This document shows positions 12,481-25,808 of a stretch of 64,000 nt of DNA, piece by piece. Under the pieces are notes generated by a model. The model was not told the origin of the DNA, searched no databases, and saw only the letters and a list, made by a program, of their open reading frames with translations. Origin of the DNA: Octopus sinensis (taxonomy: Eukaryota). Position numbers and translations under genes: made by a program. Location: contig NC_043018.1 of assembly GCF_006345805.1 (NCBI RefSeq), positions 25,730,001-25,794,000 on the forward strand, written 5' to 3'. How positions within the stretch are numbered: position 1 is the first letter of the stretch; the number at the start of each line of letters is the position of its first letter.

Positions 12481-13279
12481 CAAAATTAAACAAGAACAGA
12501 GAGAGGGGAGAAGAGGGAACGAGAATAACATTAAAACTAGAGGAACATTAAAACGTTCAATGTGTCAAATGAGTCAGCGTCTAATCAGCGGTGCCAAGTA
12601 GGCAGAAACAAATAGCTGTGCCCAAAACGTCTCATACGCTAGAATGCTAGAAAAGGAAGACTTCTTATCGAATCCAGTTATGAGCGCTTCATTTTCTTCC
12701 GAGCCTGCAATGTTTTAGGCTGAGCGAGATCAAAGACCAGGTTTACCGGTTCCATTGTGATCCACAATAAACCATTCCACTAAACAACATCTTTTATCAG
12801 ATAACGAGGACCCGCATATAAATTTCCTTCCATGAGAAACCCATTTAACAACCATCTTTTCTTTACATTCTAATTAAATATACTTGATATTTCGGTTCTT
12901 GAAAATGCTATTACACTGCATCTAATTAATCTCTGTTTATTGGCTTTCATTAACTTTTGATAATTATGCAACGATTTTAAATCCCTCTTTACATCTAATG
13001 ACTAATTACCCCATTAACAGTTTGTTATTTAATGTTAATTACTTTTATGAATATGTCTCCAATTATATTAGTAATTGGTGTCAGTACGTGACTATAGTGA
13101 ATCTTTTATCTTTTACTTGTTTCATTCGTTGAACTACGGCCATGCTGGAGCTAATATTGTTTTGATCCTTTGATGTATGGTATAGACTTTTCGACTATTT
13201 TCCACGTGTATGTGGCGTTAGACTTCAAACCCCGTACGTGGCTAGCCAACTTAGTGGATTCATGATTATCCTTGTGTCG

Positions 13280-13557
13280 GTAAAATATACAACAGGTGCC
13301 CAGTCAAGTTATCATATTGCTGAGCTCCAATATTACACGCAAACACTACCAAGAGCCTAGTCCCACTTGTAACTGTCGAGACTAGAGAACCTGTCCATTC
13401 GCCCAGGGGTGCATGATTAAATTCGTCATTTACGAGGCAGAAGTTTCAGCAACGCTAGATGATAACATAGTCACCAAGAAAAGCTACATCGGGCTATGTG
13501 AAGGCAATTTCAAACATCGTTATACTAACCACATATCTTCCTTCCGGCACAGAGAAT
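13280..13557 (+). pseudogene. Penelope-like element GIY-YIG endonuclease fragment
   Basis: KIYNRCPVKLSY...CNCRD*RTCPFAQGCMIKFVIYEAEV...SYIGLCEGNFKHRYTNHISSFRHRE; CxC..CP..C linker and VIY...YIG motifs. Confidence 0.85.
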
Positions 13558-13599
13558 GCTTACTGCATCCGAGTCGACGATTGACTATTGGAGTATGGT

Positions 13600-13790
13600 T
13601 TCGAATTTTGGCACAAGGCCAGCAATTTTGAAGGGCAGGAGGTTACTTGATTACACCGACCCCAGTGCTCAACTGGTACTTATTTTATCAACCCCGAAAG
13701 GATAAAAGACACAATTGACCCCGGTGGAATTTGAATTCAGAATACGGAGAACCGAAAGAAATGCAGCTGACGATTCTGTCAGCTTGCTAC
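13600..13790 (-). mobile_element. Family A SINE, degenerate
   Basis: GACCCCAGTGCTCAACTGGTACTTATTTTATCAACCCCGAAAGGAT. Confidence 0.75.
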
Positions 13791-14613
13791 ATTAACAACA
13801 GTGCTAATGACATCAACAAATGGCTTGCGGTGTGTGTGTGTGTGTGTGTGTGCGTGCGCGCGCGTATGTGTGTGTGTGTGTATGCGTGCGTGTGTGTGCG
13901 TGTGTGCGTGTGTGTGTATGTGTTTGTGTATATGTGTGTGTGTATATTCACCAAACATCCGTAAAATCTATTCTGTGTCCACCTGCTTCACAATTTAATT
14001 AATATTTAATTGGTCTGTTTTTGAATGTACTATTATAATATGACTAAGTTATCTCTATTAATTGCTTTTATTAATTTTTAATAATTACGTAACAATTATA
14101 AATCCGATTTTACATTCAAGTAATTAGTTTTAATTGCTTGTCATTTAGTATTAATTACATTTTATTGATGTGTCACTAACTGGAATATTAATAAGTGGTT
14201 ATATTGGTACTTGACTGTGAAGGCGCGTGGTTCAGTGGTTAGATTTTTCAGTCGTTAGATTTTAACTATATCGCACATGGAATTAAGCGGGCATTTTGAA
14301 CTGGTCATGATGCATACGTGCTTATATATGAATGTATACGTTCGTATATGTACGTATTAGTATGTTGTATTTATATATATGTATTTATGTTTCTGTGTGT
14401 ATCCCACTGATGAGGCAAAGCATTCCTAAATGCAAAGTCAGAAATGCGGGATCTGGAATTATCCAATCATTTTTTACTCGTTTCATCTTGTCTCTTTGTC
14501 TTCTCTCCATGTTGCTATATGAACACTCAAGGTGGTTTTAGAGTCAGATCATGGCGGCTATTTTCAGCATGTTGGAATCTCGTAGATACCCTAATTTATA
14601 ATTTTAATCAATG

Positions 14614-14848
<235 letters not shown>

Positions 14849-15005
14849 ATACATACATACAGATATATACATATATATATATGTACACACACACATATAT
14901 ATATATGCATGTATATGTGCGTGTGTGCATAAATAATTTTACATACATACACACACATAACATATATATATATATATATACGCATACATATATGCACCTA
15001 CATAC

Positions 15006-15040
<35 letters not shown>

Positions 15041-15138
15041 TATATATGTATATATACATACATATATACTCATACATATACAAATACATACGCGCACACA
15101 TAACACACACATACACACACATATTGGAGAAACCAGAT

Positions 15139-15570
15139 TAGGGTCGCGTTTGCAGCATTACAGACTCCGGGCATATCAGTTCACTGGGCCCTAGAACATT
15201 CATTTATTGACAGCAAGCCACAACATACATAGATCCGAACTGGGCTCCGGGGAAAATTCAGTACACTGGGCCCTATAGTAAACACTTATTGAGAGCAGGC
15301 CACAGCAAACATAGATCAGAGATGGACCCCGGATAGAATACGTACAATGGGTCCTGCAGCATTTATTTATTGACAACAAGCTACCTCATAGATAGATCAG
15401 AATAAGAGCCCTAGACACATGAGGGCGCTGGCAGATCAATATACTGGGTGGGCTCTAGAGTATATATTTATTGACAGCAATCCACAACATACATAGATCA
15501 GAACTGGGCCCCTTGAACCGATGTGGACTTCAGATAACTGCCCAGTGTGTCTATGGCTCCAGACGGCACT
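15139..15570. mobile_element. hAT-like MITE containing four ~81-bp tandem units
   Basis: Degenerate TIRs AGGGTCGCG...CTCCGGGCA / TGCCCAGTGTG...GACGGCACT; unit CTGGGCCCTAG...TTATTGACAGCAAGCCACAACATACATAGATCAGAA at 15184, 15266, 15347 and ~15449. Confidence 0.6.
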
Positions 15571-16374
15571 TGTTGGAAAGTCGTGATAAAGCTCAGTGTT
15601 TTGTCGACTTGCAGCGCTGAATCCAGATTCGTCTGCAGATAATGTTTAAAGTCTGATTTATTAGAACCAATCACCAAATAAAGGATACTTTTGATTAAGA
15701 AAACTTATGGGAGTTTAGCTGACTGTTTTTATCATTCATTCAAGAAGACGAAAGAAAAATAAAATTAGATGAATATCAAGTGATTAAATACAGTACTAAT
15801 TACATTTTGATATTAAATAATTAATTAAAATTTTACTTGTATTCTTTCGATTATAATTTTAAAAAAATTTTGTTTCATTTGAACTTTTTAGTGTGATGGT
15901 GTAAACTTGAAAAAATAGCAACCAAAAAACACAACGAAAACAAAATCAGAAAAGAAAATTAAAAATAAGGAAGCAAGAAAAATCTGCAGCCAATTTAGAA
16001 CTAATTGTCTTTCTAGTTAATTAGTGTGTTATATCAATTTGTAGTTTAATTAGCACAGATCAACAGTTACTGTTTTTTCGTATTTCTAATTCAATTTCAT
16101 AGATGTGTGACATATCTACACTTAATTGTGTTTTCGCTTCTCTGTGTGACATACATTTTTCCAATTTCGATTACGAGATGTGACCACCATGTTTAATTTT
16201 GCTACGGAAAAGCTGTTTTTAAATTTTGTTCTTGAACTGACTTGCCGCCGTTCGACCGAGTCTATACCTGTGGTGAACAGCTGAAGTGTCACGACACCTT
16301 AGGACAAGAGTGACTAAAGCTTTCATATCATCGATCTCTTTACACAATCGTTGATAACTAATCGACCTCCATAT

Positions 16375-16585
16375 TTTACTTGTTTAAAGCGTTGGCTCTG
16401 GCCATGCTGGGGCACCGTCTAGAAGGGTTTCAATCAACTCGACCCCAATACTTTTTTTTTATAATTAACCTGATAATTATTGTATCGCTCTAGTTTTGCC
16501 AAACCGTAGACTTAGCGGGCGTAAAGAAACCAACATCGGTTGTCAAGTGGTGATAGGAAACAAACACAAATACGGCACATACACA

Positions 16586-16639
<54 letters not shown>

Positions 16640-16845
16640 GACACAGACAGACACAGACAGACACACACAGACACACACACACAGACACATACACACACAC
16701 ATACATACGGTGGGCATATTCCAGTTTCCGCGTACGAAATCCACTCACAAGGATTTGGTCGGCCCGGGGGCCGTATTAGAAGACACTTGCCAAAAGTGCT
16801 AAACACAAGACGGGAAGCAAACTTTTTAATAACACAGCTACGCCT
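16375..16845 (-). mobile_element. Family B SINE, degenerate, with expanded (CA)n
   Basis: GCCATGCTGGGGCACCG tail and AATCCACTCACAAGG...AGAAGACACTTGCC core. Confidence 0.8.
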
Positions 16846-17034
16846 GAACCTGGATGCTTATATTTTGGATTGCTTCCCGCTGTTAGACTGGAATTATGCA
16901 AGTGATGTCCACCCGAAGCGTCACGATTTCCTGGAACAAGAACCAGTAATGTCCTTACGCCGCCGACACTTTCAGGGACTCGTTGGCAAGTTATCAACCT
17001 TCTTCATGTAAAATTCTAAAATAAAAATAAAAGT

Positions 17035-17370
17035 AGGCGCAGGTGTAGCTGTATGGTAAGAAGGCAGCGAGCTGGCAGAAACGTTAGCACACCGGGCGAA
17101 ATGCCTAGCAGTATTTCGTCTGTCTTTACGTTCAGAGTTCATATCCCGCCGAGGTCAACTTTGCCTTTCATCCTTTCAGGGTCGATAAATTAAGTACCAG
17201 TTACGCATTGGGGTCGATGTAATTGACATAATCCCTTTGTCTGTCCTTGTTTGTCCCCTCTATGTTTAGCTCCATGTGGGCAATAAAGAAATAAGAAGCT
17301 TGCCTTTTAACCACATGGCTCCGGGTTCAGTCCCACTGCTTAACACTTGAGCAAGTGTCTTCTGTTGTAG
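17035..17370 (+). mobile_element. Family B SINE head interrupted by a full family A SINE
   Basis: B head ends TGGTAAGAAG, A copy ~17061-17295, B resumes TAAGAAGCTTGCC; TAAGAAG appears on both sides. Confidence 0.85.
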
Positions 17371-17374
17371 CGTC

Positions 17375-17970
17375 GGTCTCCAGTTTGTTGACGTAAACCC
17401 TTTCTTTCAGGTATCCCCGCAAGAAAAAAATCCCGGCTAGTCAAGACTTGGGAATGTGACGGCCAGTTGACATTGCCGTAGTGGGAGATTATTCTCTCTC
17501 CCCTGCCGTAGCAACTGCTTTGTTTCTCTTGCGGTATCATTAGTTGCCCCATCTTGCTGGAACCATGTGTGAGGTCTACTTTGAATGGCCTTCACGTTCC
17601 CCAGACTTGGCTAGCTCAGATTTTTTTCTTGTGGGTATACCTGAAAGAGAGGGTTTAAGTCAACAAACTGGAGACCCCGGAGCAACTGAAGGAGATCATG
17701 AATAGAGAAACTAGAGAAGTGGGATCTGAAACTCTTGAGGGTGTTATGGTGCAAGTTTTGGAAAAAGCATGGGAGTGCGAAGCCAAAAATAGCTGCCATT
17801 TGTGCGATGTCATTTTTCATATGTGGTACAGCGGTGTTGCAAAATTTGACCCGTGCATATTAATTTCCATTATGTCGTTTATATTGTATCAAAATTTCAT
17901 GCATTTATTTGTAAAGTTAAGGAAGTTATTAAAAATTGAAGCCCATCAGTAAGTTTTGGGACACCCTGTA
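17375..17970. mobile_element. Tc1/mariner-superfamily transposase C-terminal remnant present as an inverted duplication
   Basis: Minus: WFQQDGAT...GERIISHYGNVNWPSHS...DFFL.GYLKERVYVNKLET; plus: WPSRSPDLASSDFFLW.YLKERV*VNKLETPEQLK...CEAKNSCHL; TIR end TTTTGGGACACCCTG followed by TA at 17969-17970. Confidence 0.85.
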
Positions 17971-17979
17971 TTTTTTGAG

Positions 17980-18190
17980 GAGGGTGGCGACCTAGCGGAA
18001 TCATTAGCACACCGGGTGAAATGCTTAGCGGTATTTTGTCCGTCATTGCGTTTTGTGATCAAATTCCGACAATGTCGTCTTTGACTTTTATCTTTTGGGG
18101 GTCGATAAAATCAGTATCAGTATAATACTGGACTCGATGAGATTGACTATCACCTACCCCCTAATATCAGGCCTTGTGCTTAGAGTAGAG
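17980..18190 (+). mobile_element. Family A SINE, degenerate
   Basis: GGTGGCGACCTAGCGGAATCATTAGCACACCGGG...GGGGTCGATAAAATCAGTA. Confidence 0.75.
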
Positions 18191-19048
18191 AGTATCATAT
18201 CATTGTAGGTTTTGTATTTATTCATTGATCTGCTGCAGTTAAAACATCAGACGTTTCGTTTCTGTTTAGGGACCTAAGTCTTTGAACTATTCCTCCCGAC
18301 TGTAAAGAGTGATACCTATGAAGAAAAATAATAGATGCCCCATTCACAAGGTAGTTGCTTATCCTTTGCAGACGAGCACTGAACGAAAGCGACAATGAAT
18401 GGTAGAGGCAAAGAGCAGCGACAGAACGAAGCCGGGCCATCTTAAGTAAGATAAGTGAACAGAGGACGCCAACACACGAAGTTGTCAGACGATCGAACCA
18501 ACAAAGCAAACAATGACTATGTACTGCAGACGTTGTCAAGATTTTGAAATGTTTAATAAAGAAGTTTCCTCCTTTAAGGAAAAAAATACAACAACAAAAA
18601 TAGGTAAAAAATACAACCGAAACAAAACAACAACAAAAGCAAAATAGGAATAAACTAAAAGAAAACTAAGAGACGGACAAGATGGCGTCTAGAATCCTCG
18701 CTTTCAGCAATCCAATTTCTATTTCCCTAAGTCATTTTCTAACAAGACAGTAATTAGTTTCACAGAAAATGATGGAAGGTGTTGGTTTCGATGTGGATTT
18801 AGTGGCGACGGTGTTGTTGCTGTTGTTGTTGTTGTTCTGATTGTTGCATACTACGCTCCCCATTGTTTACAGACATACTATACTATACATACAGAAAAAT
18901 ACACATGCATACCTTCCTACCTACCTACCTACCTACCTACCTACCTAACCTACCTCCCTACATATCTACTCTACCGATCTATCTATCAATCAATAAATCA
19001 GTCAATCAATCTATCTATCTATATGTATATATATATATCTATATATAT

Positions 19049-19091
<43 letters not shown>

Positions 19092-19661
19092 TATATATAG
19101 ATTATATATATATATATATATGTATTATATATATATTTTTATGTGTATGTATATATTATATATATAATATATATATATATACTTATACATATATGTATGT
19201 ATATATATATGCATGCTTGTAAGTTACGGATGTATGTATACATGTATGCATATATATAACATATATATATATGTTATATAATATATATATATATATATAT
19301 AATATATATATTATATATAACACATACATGTAGGTATATAAGCATATACACACACACACACGTACACAGATATATACATGTAAAGGTATGTATATAATTA
19401 GATACTTGCGTATATGTTGAAGAATATGCTAATGTATGCCTTTGCGTAATTCCTTATCACTGGAAACGGTGTATATACGTAAGCACATATCCAAACTTAC
19501 AGAAATAGTCTTACCTACCTACCTACCTTTCCCTGCCTACCTACCTACCAAACGGACTACTTTCCTTCTTTCCAAACACACATACATTTATGCACACACA
19601 CAGACACACACACTCTCGCGCATATATATGTATTGCTATACATATACACACATACACACTC

Positions 19662-19762
<101 letters not shown>

Positions 19763-20485
19763 CATATACATATATATATATAAAAGTAAGATGAGAATTC
19801 TGATTTCACTCAAAGGTGATTATCCCACCAAATTTTGGTATCATCGCCACCCGTTTAACATACCCGATTGTTAATCATTAGACCATTCCCTCTCCTGCTG
19901 GCTTTCCTTCATATCCGATCGGTTATATCCTCTAACTCCGTACTAGGTGTAGTTCATTATATAACTTTCAAGAACTACATTCTTAACGTAAGCGGCCAAC
20001 ATATTTGATCATTCTCACCAAAAGCCACGAACGAAATAAGTTTAATACGCTTGGAATTGTCAGAGAGTCTTGGAATTTCTTTGATCGCCAGAAGGAACAG
20101 CTAGAATCCCAACCACTATTAGGGATAAACTTTGAAGGGAATGAAAAATAAAAACATTTACCACCTATCTCCTGGACCATGGTTTCAGACACTTTTTTAG
20201 CAAATAAAATAATTTGCTAGGCGAAGTCGGATACCTCTTATGTGTTTATATGAATAATATATAGTCTATTGACAAATTTTTTATTACCCAGATATTATTA
20301 ATTATATATACAAATAAGAAATGGAGGAACAGATTCCTTTCAATCATCGACTTACAGATAATACCAATTCATATTATCTATTAACTACTTAAATAGGAAC
20401 ACCCAAATCCAACAGAATAAAACAGAATAAAACAATATACATCAATAAGTAAGATAATACCAAAAAAAATAATACATATAAAATG

Positions 20486-20594
20486 GATCTTACAGCTGTT
20501 TCAGTCTGTAGATAAAGGTATCTCATTGTGCCTTTATTAGTCAGATGTATTGAGGTAGTATGAAGTTAAAAATGAGTTACTTCTCCAGGAGACC
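20486..20594 (-). ncRNA. Degenerate long-stem-II hammerhead-like motif
   Basis: Minus: GGUCU-C-CUGGAGA-AGU...ACU-GAAACAGCUGUA-AGAUC; palindromic stem III ACAGCUGU and GUA triplet; core carries A6G. Confidence 0.4.
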
Positions 20595-20853
20595 ACGTGA
20601 CCGACCAGATTATCAGCTGTTATTACACATCGCTGGTCACAATGCGCTTTGCATCGGTTTAGCCATCGAATGACACCACTCCACTGGTTAGGCGATCAGG
20701 CCGACATTCCACCTTTGATTGAAACGAGGAATTGGAATCATGTAAAATGAAGTGTTTTGCATAAGAACACAATACGCTGCCCGGTCTGGCAGTCGAACCC
20801 ACGGTCTAATGTTCATGAGTGCAACGGTCTAACCACTAGACCACGCTCCTTCA
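20592..20853 (-). mobile_element. SINE with head C and tail Y
   Basis: tRNA head GAAGGAGCGTGGTCTAGTGGTTAG; tail TGACCAGCGATGTGTA...CTGGTCGGTCACGTG shared with the 31048 copy. Confidence 0.8.
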
Positions 20854-20937
20854 CACACACACACAGTATATGTATGTATAGATATACATAGGTATGCATA
20901 TATACACATACCTGTATGCATAAACCTAGTCAACTGG

Positions 20938-21055
<118 letters not shown>

Positions 21056-21198
21056 GTCTGTCTATCTATCTGTCTGTCTGCCTGTCTGCCTGTCTGTCTA
21101 TCTATCTATCTATCTATCTATATATAATCTATCTATCTATCTAATCTATCTATCTATCTGTCTGTCTGTCGTCTGTCTGCCTTGCCTGCCTGCCTATC

Positions 21199-21240
<42 letters not shown>

Positions 21241-21504
21241 GTCTATCTGTCTACCCCTGTGTCTAGATAGCTGAATATGCAGTTAATTAAACTGGAACCA
21301 AATATAACAAACGCAGCTGCAAATCCCCAAACCCCAGTTCTAATCTTACTTGCAACTGTCATTAAAAGTCTCCTATCTATAGACTTACTTATGCAAATAC
21401 GCACATGCCTGTGTGTGTATATATACGTATGTGTGTATATATGTGTGTGTGTGTATGTGTGTATATGTATATGACTATGCAAATATGCATATATATATGT
21501 GTAT

Positions 21505-21549
<45 letters not shown>

Positions 21550-21667
21550 AATATGAGTGTATGTGTATATGCATATAGTACGTACACACACACACAGCAG
21601 GCACACACATTACACACAGGTAGATACATACCTGGTCACATGCACAAACATATTATATCAGTAAATT

Positions 21668-21950
21668 AGGTGCAGGAGTTGCTGTTGTGGTAAGAAGCTT
21701 GCTTACCAACCACATGGTTCCGGGTTCAGTCACACTGCATGGCACCTTGGGCAGTGTTTCTACTATAGCCTCGGGCCACCAAATCCTTGTGAGTGGATTT
21801 GATAGACGGAAACTGAAAAAAGCTCTTTGGTAATATATATATATATATATATATATCTATATAGATATATTATATGTGTGTGTGTGTGTGTGTGTGTGTG
21901 GGTATGGTTTTTGTGTCCGTGTTTGTCCCCCAACTCGCTTGACAACCGAT
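21668..21950 (+). mobile_element. Family B SINE, 3'-truncated
   Basis: GGTGCAGGAGTTGCTGTTGTGGTAAGAAGCTTGCTTACCAACCACATGGTTCCGGGTTCAGTC. Confidence 0.85.
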
Positions 21951-22115
21951 TCTACCCTTTATCATTATACATATATAAGTATTTATATGTATCACACACA
22001 CACACACACATATATATATACATACATACATATACATATATATATGTTTATATATATATATACATACATACATACATAAACATAATATATATATTGTGTT
22101 TATATATATATATGT

Positions 22116-22183
<68 letters not shown>

Positions 22184-22190
22184 CATAATA

Positions 22191-22569
22191 TGGAGGCATA
22201 ATGACCCAGTGGTTAGGGCAGCGGACTCACGATCGTGGGATCGCGGCTTCGATTCCCAGACTGGGCGTTGTGAATGTTTATTGAGCGAAAACACCCAAAA
22301 AGCTCCACGAGGCTCCGGCAGGGTGTGGTGGCGACCCTGCTGTACTCTTTCACCACAAGTTTTCTCTCACTCTTTCTTCTTGTTTCTGTTGTTCCTGTAT
22401 TTCAAAGGGCCAGCCTTGTCACACTCTGTATCACGTTGAATCTCCTTGAGAACTATGTAAAGGTTACACGTGTCTGTGGAGTGCTCAGCCACTTGTACGT
22501 TATTTCACGAGCAGGCTGTGCCGTTGATCAGATCAACTGGAACCTCGTCGTCGTAACCGACGGAGTGCC
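22191..22569 (+). mobile_element. SINE with head D and tail X
   Basis: Head CCCAGTGGTTAGGGCAGCGGACTCACGATCGTGGGATCGCGGCTTCGATTCCC; tail GTGGAGTGCTCAGCCAC...GTCGTAACCGACGGAGTGCC. Confidence 0.85.
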
Positions 22570-22574
22570 GCGAC

Positions 22575-22637
<63 letters not shown>

Positions 22638-23098
22638 AACGCGTAAAACACACGCGTGTCAATATACATAACTATCTCAATGAAAAAGAAGAGAAGATAC
22701 GAGTGTAGAGAGTAAGAAGGTATGTGTCATTTGTCGTAAATTCAATGATTGTTAATTATTCAAATATTTTCATAATTTTAATTTTCTATTTCGTATTTTA
22801 CATTATTACACAAGGTTCTTAGAAAACCGACAAAAATATTTAATTAAGTGAAAAAATAAATACTCTTTAATCTAAGAAAATATTTCTTTCCATTAAAACT
22901 ATAATTATTAATGATTTAAAAAACACACTTAAAATTCTTCTTCCTTCTTCTTCTTCGTCTTTTCTTCTTCTTCTTCTTCTTCTTCTTCTTCTTCTTCTTC
23001 TTTTCTTCTTTCTTCTTCTTCTTTTCTTCTTCTTCTTTTTATTCATTCTTCTTCTTTTCTTCTTCTTCTTCTTTATTCTTCTTCTCTTATTATTATTA

Positions 23099-23152
<54 letters not shown>

Positions 23153-23696
23153 ATAATGATTTTTCGCAATTTTACAAAGTAATTTACAATGTAGAACGGT
23201 TCTATGTTCCTTTCTGAATTTGTCTTGTTTTCGTTTGACGCCGAAGAATTTCAGAATATATTTGCATAGAGAACAACGCTCATATATACTGGTAGAAAAG
23301 TAAGAATTATAGAATTTTCGTCTATTGCTCGACGAATTCAGGACCAGGCATTGCTATATAAGCGCAGTCATAACTGTGTGCTTAAGAAGTCCGCTTTGCA
23401 AACAGCTGGTTTCGGTTTCAGTTCCACTTCATTTAGCCTTAGCGGGTAAGTGTCTTCTACAATAGCCCTATGTCTTCCAATATCGTGTCAACGAGTCTCG
23501 GAAACTGGTAGCTTACCGATGCTTCACCGGAAAGCTACCAGGTGTATACCATACAGAAACTGAAAGGGGAACATGTTGAATAAAATCATAATTAACTGAT
23601 CCTCCTGTATTTTCTTTTATCCAAATCCAGCGACTTTTCAGTACACCCTCTATAGGTATATACTATATACTTATATATGTGTATCTCTCTGTAGTA

Positions 23697-23823
23697 GGTT
23701 TAGGAAAAAGTTCGTGCGCCGTGAGTCACCATTGAAAACATGATATGAACTGAATGAACACACACATCACAAAAATATATAGAAAAAAATTATTTAACAC
23801 GGCGCACGAACTTTTCCTCAACC
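23697..23823. mobile_element. ~127-bp mariner-type MITE
   Basis: TIRs GGTTTAGGAAAAAGTTCGTGCGCCGTG / CACGGCGCACGAACTTTTCCTCAACC in TA-rich flanks. Confidence 0.8.
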
Positions 23824-23831
23824 ATATATAC

Positions 23832-23864
<33 letters not shown>

Positions 23865-23927
23865 ATATATTATATATATATATATATTATATATATGTAT
23901 ATGTATGTATTATATATTATTTATATT

Positions 23928-24033
<106 letters not shown>

Positions 24034-24089
24034 ATATATATATTATATATACATACATATATATATTATATATATATATATGTTAAATT

Positions 24090-24310
24090 CATATGTGTCT
24101 GTGTCTCTGCCTTTGTGTTCGTGTTTCGCCCCACGCTTGACAACCGGTGTTAGCTAGTTTACACCCACCGTAACTTAGCAGGTCGACAACAGACTCTGAT
24201 ATAATGAGTGCCAGACTTAAAAGAAATAAGTCGCGGGACCGATGTTTTTGGGACTAAACCTTTCAAGGCCGTGATCCAGCATGGCCGCACTCCGATGACC
24301 GAAACAAGCA
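24090..24310 (+). mobile_element. Family B SINE 3' half
   Basis: GCTTGACAACCGGTG...GTAACTTAGC...CCAGCATGGCCGCA; a degenerate head lies at ~23362-23470. Confidence 0.65.
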
Positions 24311-24630
24311 AACGAATTATGAGATTAAAGTAATGATTTTTGATAGAAGTACAAACATCTCAGACGTATGAAAGACAGATACAGTCAATTAAATGGAACC
24401 CAAGAATTTTACTGCTACTTTAGTTATGCCCCCCTCCCACTCCACTGGAAGGATAAAAATAAAGTATCGATCTCTCCGCAATTTGAAGGCAAAAGTAGAA
24501 AATCACGCAACGAACACCTTAAAGCATTTGTATCCACCATTTTTCGTCTGTCTTTAAGTTCTGAGTTCAAATTCCGCCGAGGTCGACTTTGACTTGCTTC
24601 CTTTCGAGGTCGATAAATTAAGAATGAACT

Positions 24631-25808
24631 TTAATCAATTATATATCTTCTGTTTTGTTCGATGGACCTTTTACCATCTTTCTGGCAACTTCATGATTCC
24701 GTGCTCATAGAACTTCTGGTCCTTATCAGCCAAAAACTGCAGCAAGTGTGATTTCAGATCATCATCATCACTGAAAGTTTTACCATTCAAAGAATTTTGC
24801 AAACTTCGAAATAAATGGTAATCTGACAGTGCGCGGTCAGGGCTACATGGTTCCCAAGCAAGCTCCAATAATTTTTCATGAGTTAGCAAAGACATGTGTG
24901 GTCTAGCGTTGTAATGGTGGAACAGGAATCCATTACTATTTGCCAATTCTGGCAATTTTTCTTTGAATGCTTCCTCCAGTTTCATTAGTTGTTGACAGTA
25001 AACATCTGAATTGATCGTTTGGTTCCTTGGAAGCAGCTCAAAATACACAACATCTTTGTAATCCCACCAAATTGACAGCATGACTATTTTTGATGCAATT
25101 CAACTCTCAATGTGGCTTGAACCATGATCGTTTTCGATTGATGTTATTGTAGACAACCCATTTGTCTACAATATTGTAGTGATGATTCGTTTAAAAGAAT
25201 GGTCGATTTCATTGCGTTTGAGATGCATATTGCAAATATTGATTCGCTGTGTTAAGTGATTCTCTTTCAATTTATGTGGAACCCAAATGTCGAGCTTATT
25301 AATGAGTCAAAGACATTTTAAGTGATTTTCAATTGTTGTGTGTGATACATTTAACCTCTCTGCAATATCTCACACAGTTATATGATAATCAGATTCAATT
25401 ATGGCTTTGGTTCGGTCATCATCAACTTCAGCAGGTCAACCAGAACGTTGGTCATCTCTGAGTGCAAAATCTCCAGAACGGAATTTTTAAAACCATTTCT
25501 GACATGTGCTTTCTGTTAAGCAATCAAATCCATTAACTTCACATACCTCTTTGCAGGTCTCATCAGCTTTCTTGCCTTTACGGAAATAAAAAAGCAAAAT
25601 ATGGCGAAAATGTTCGTTTTGCACTCCATGTTAAAATTGACACTGAACTAACAGCTGTAAACAAAATTACGCGCTATTTGCTTCTAAAGTAAGCTGAAAG
25701 TAATGGCTATCAAATACCAAAAGGAAAAAATCAAAACATTGATAAAAGTCATTCAAAAAAATATTAACTCTCTTTGCGAAGAACGAAATTACTTTCTTGC
25801 CAACCCAA
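24631..25808 (-). mobile_element. Decayed mariner transposon; transposase pseudogene 25629-24631
   Basis: 5' TIR TA|TTGGGTTGGCAAGAAAGTAATT; remnant EHFRHILLFYFRKGKKA, WVPHKL, MLSIWWDYKDVVYFELL, HYNARPH, PCSPDRALSDYHLFRSL, EQNRRYIID*; frameshifts present; 3' end abuts a SINE. Confidence 0.92.

Noticed and set aside
15180-15510. CRISPR-like appearance of regularly spaced motifs
   Set aside because: Whole units are homologous with no unique spacers; eukaryotic context and no cas genes
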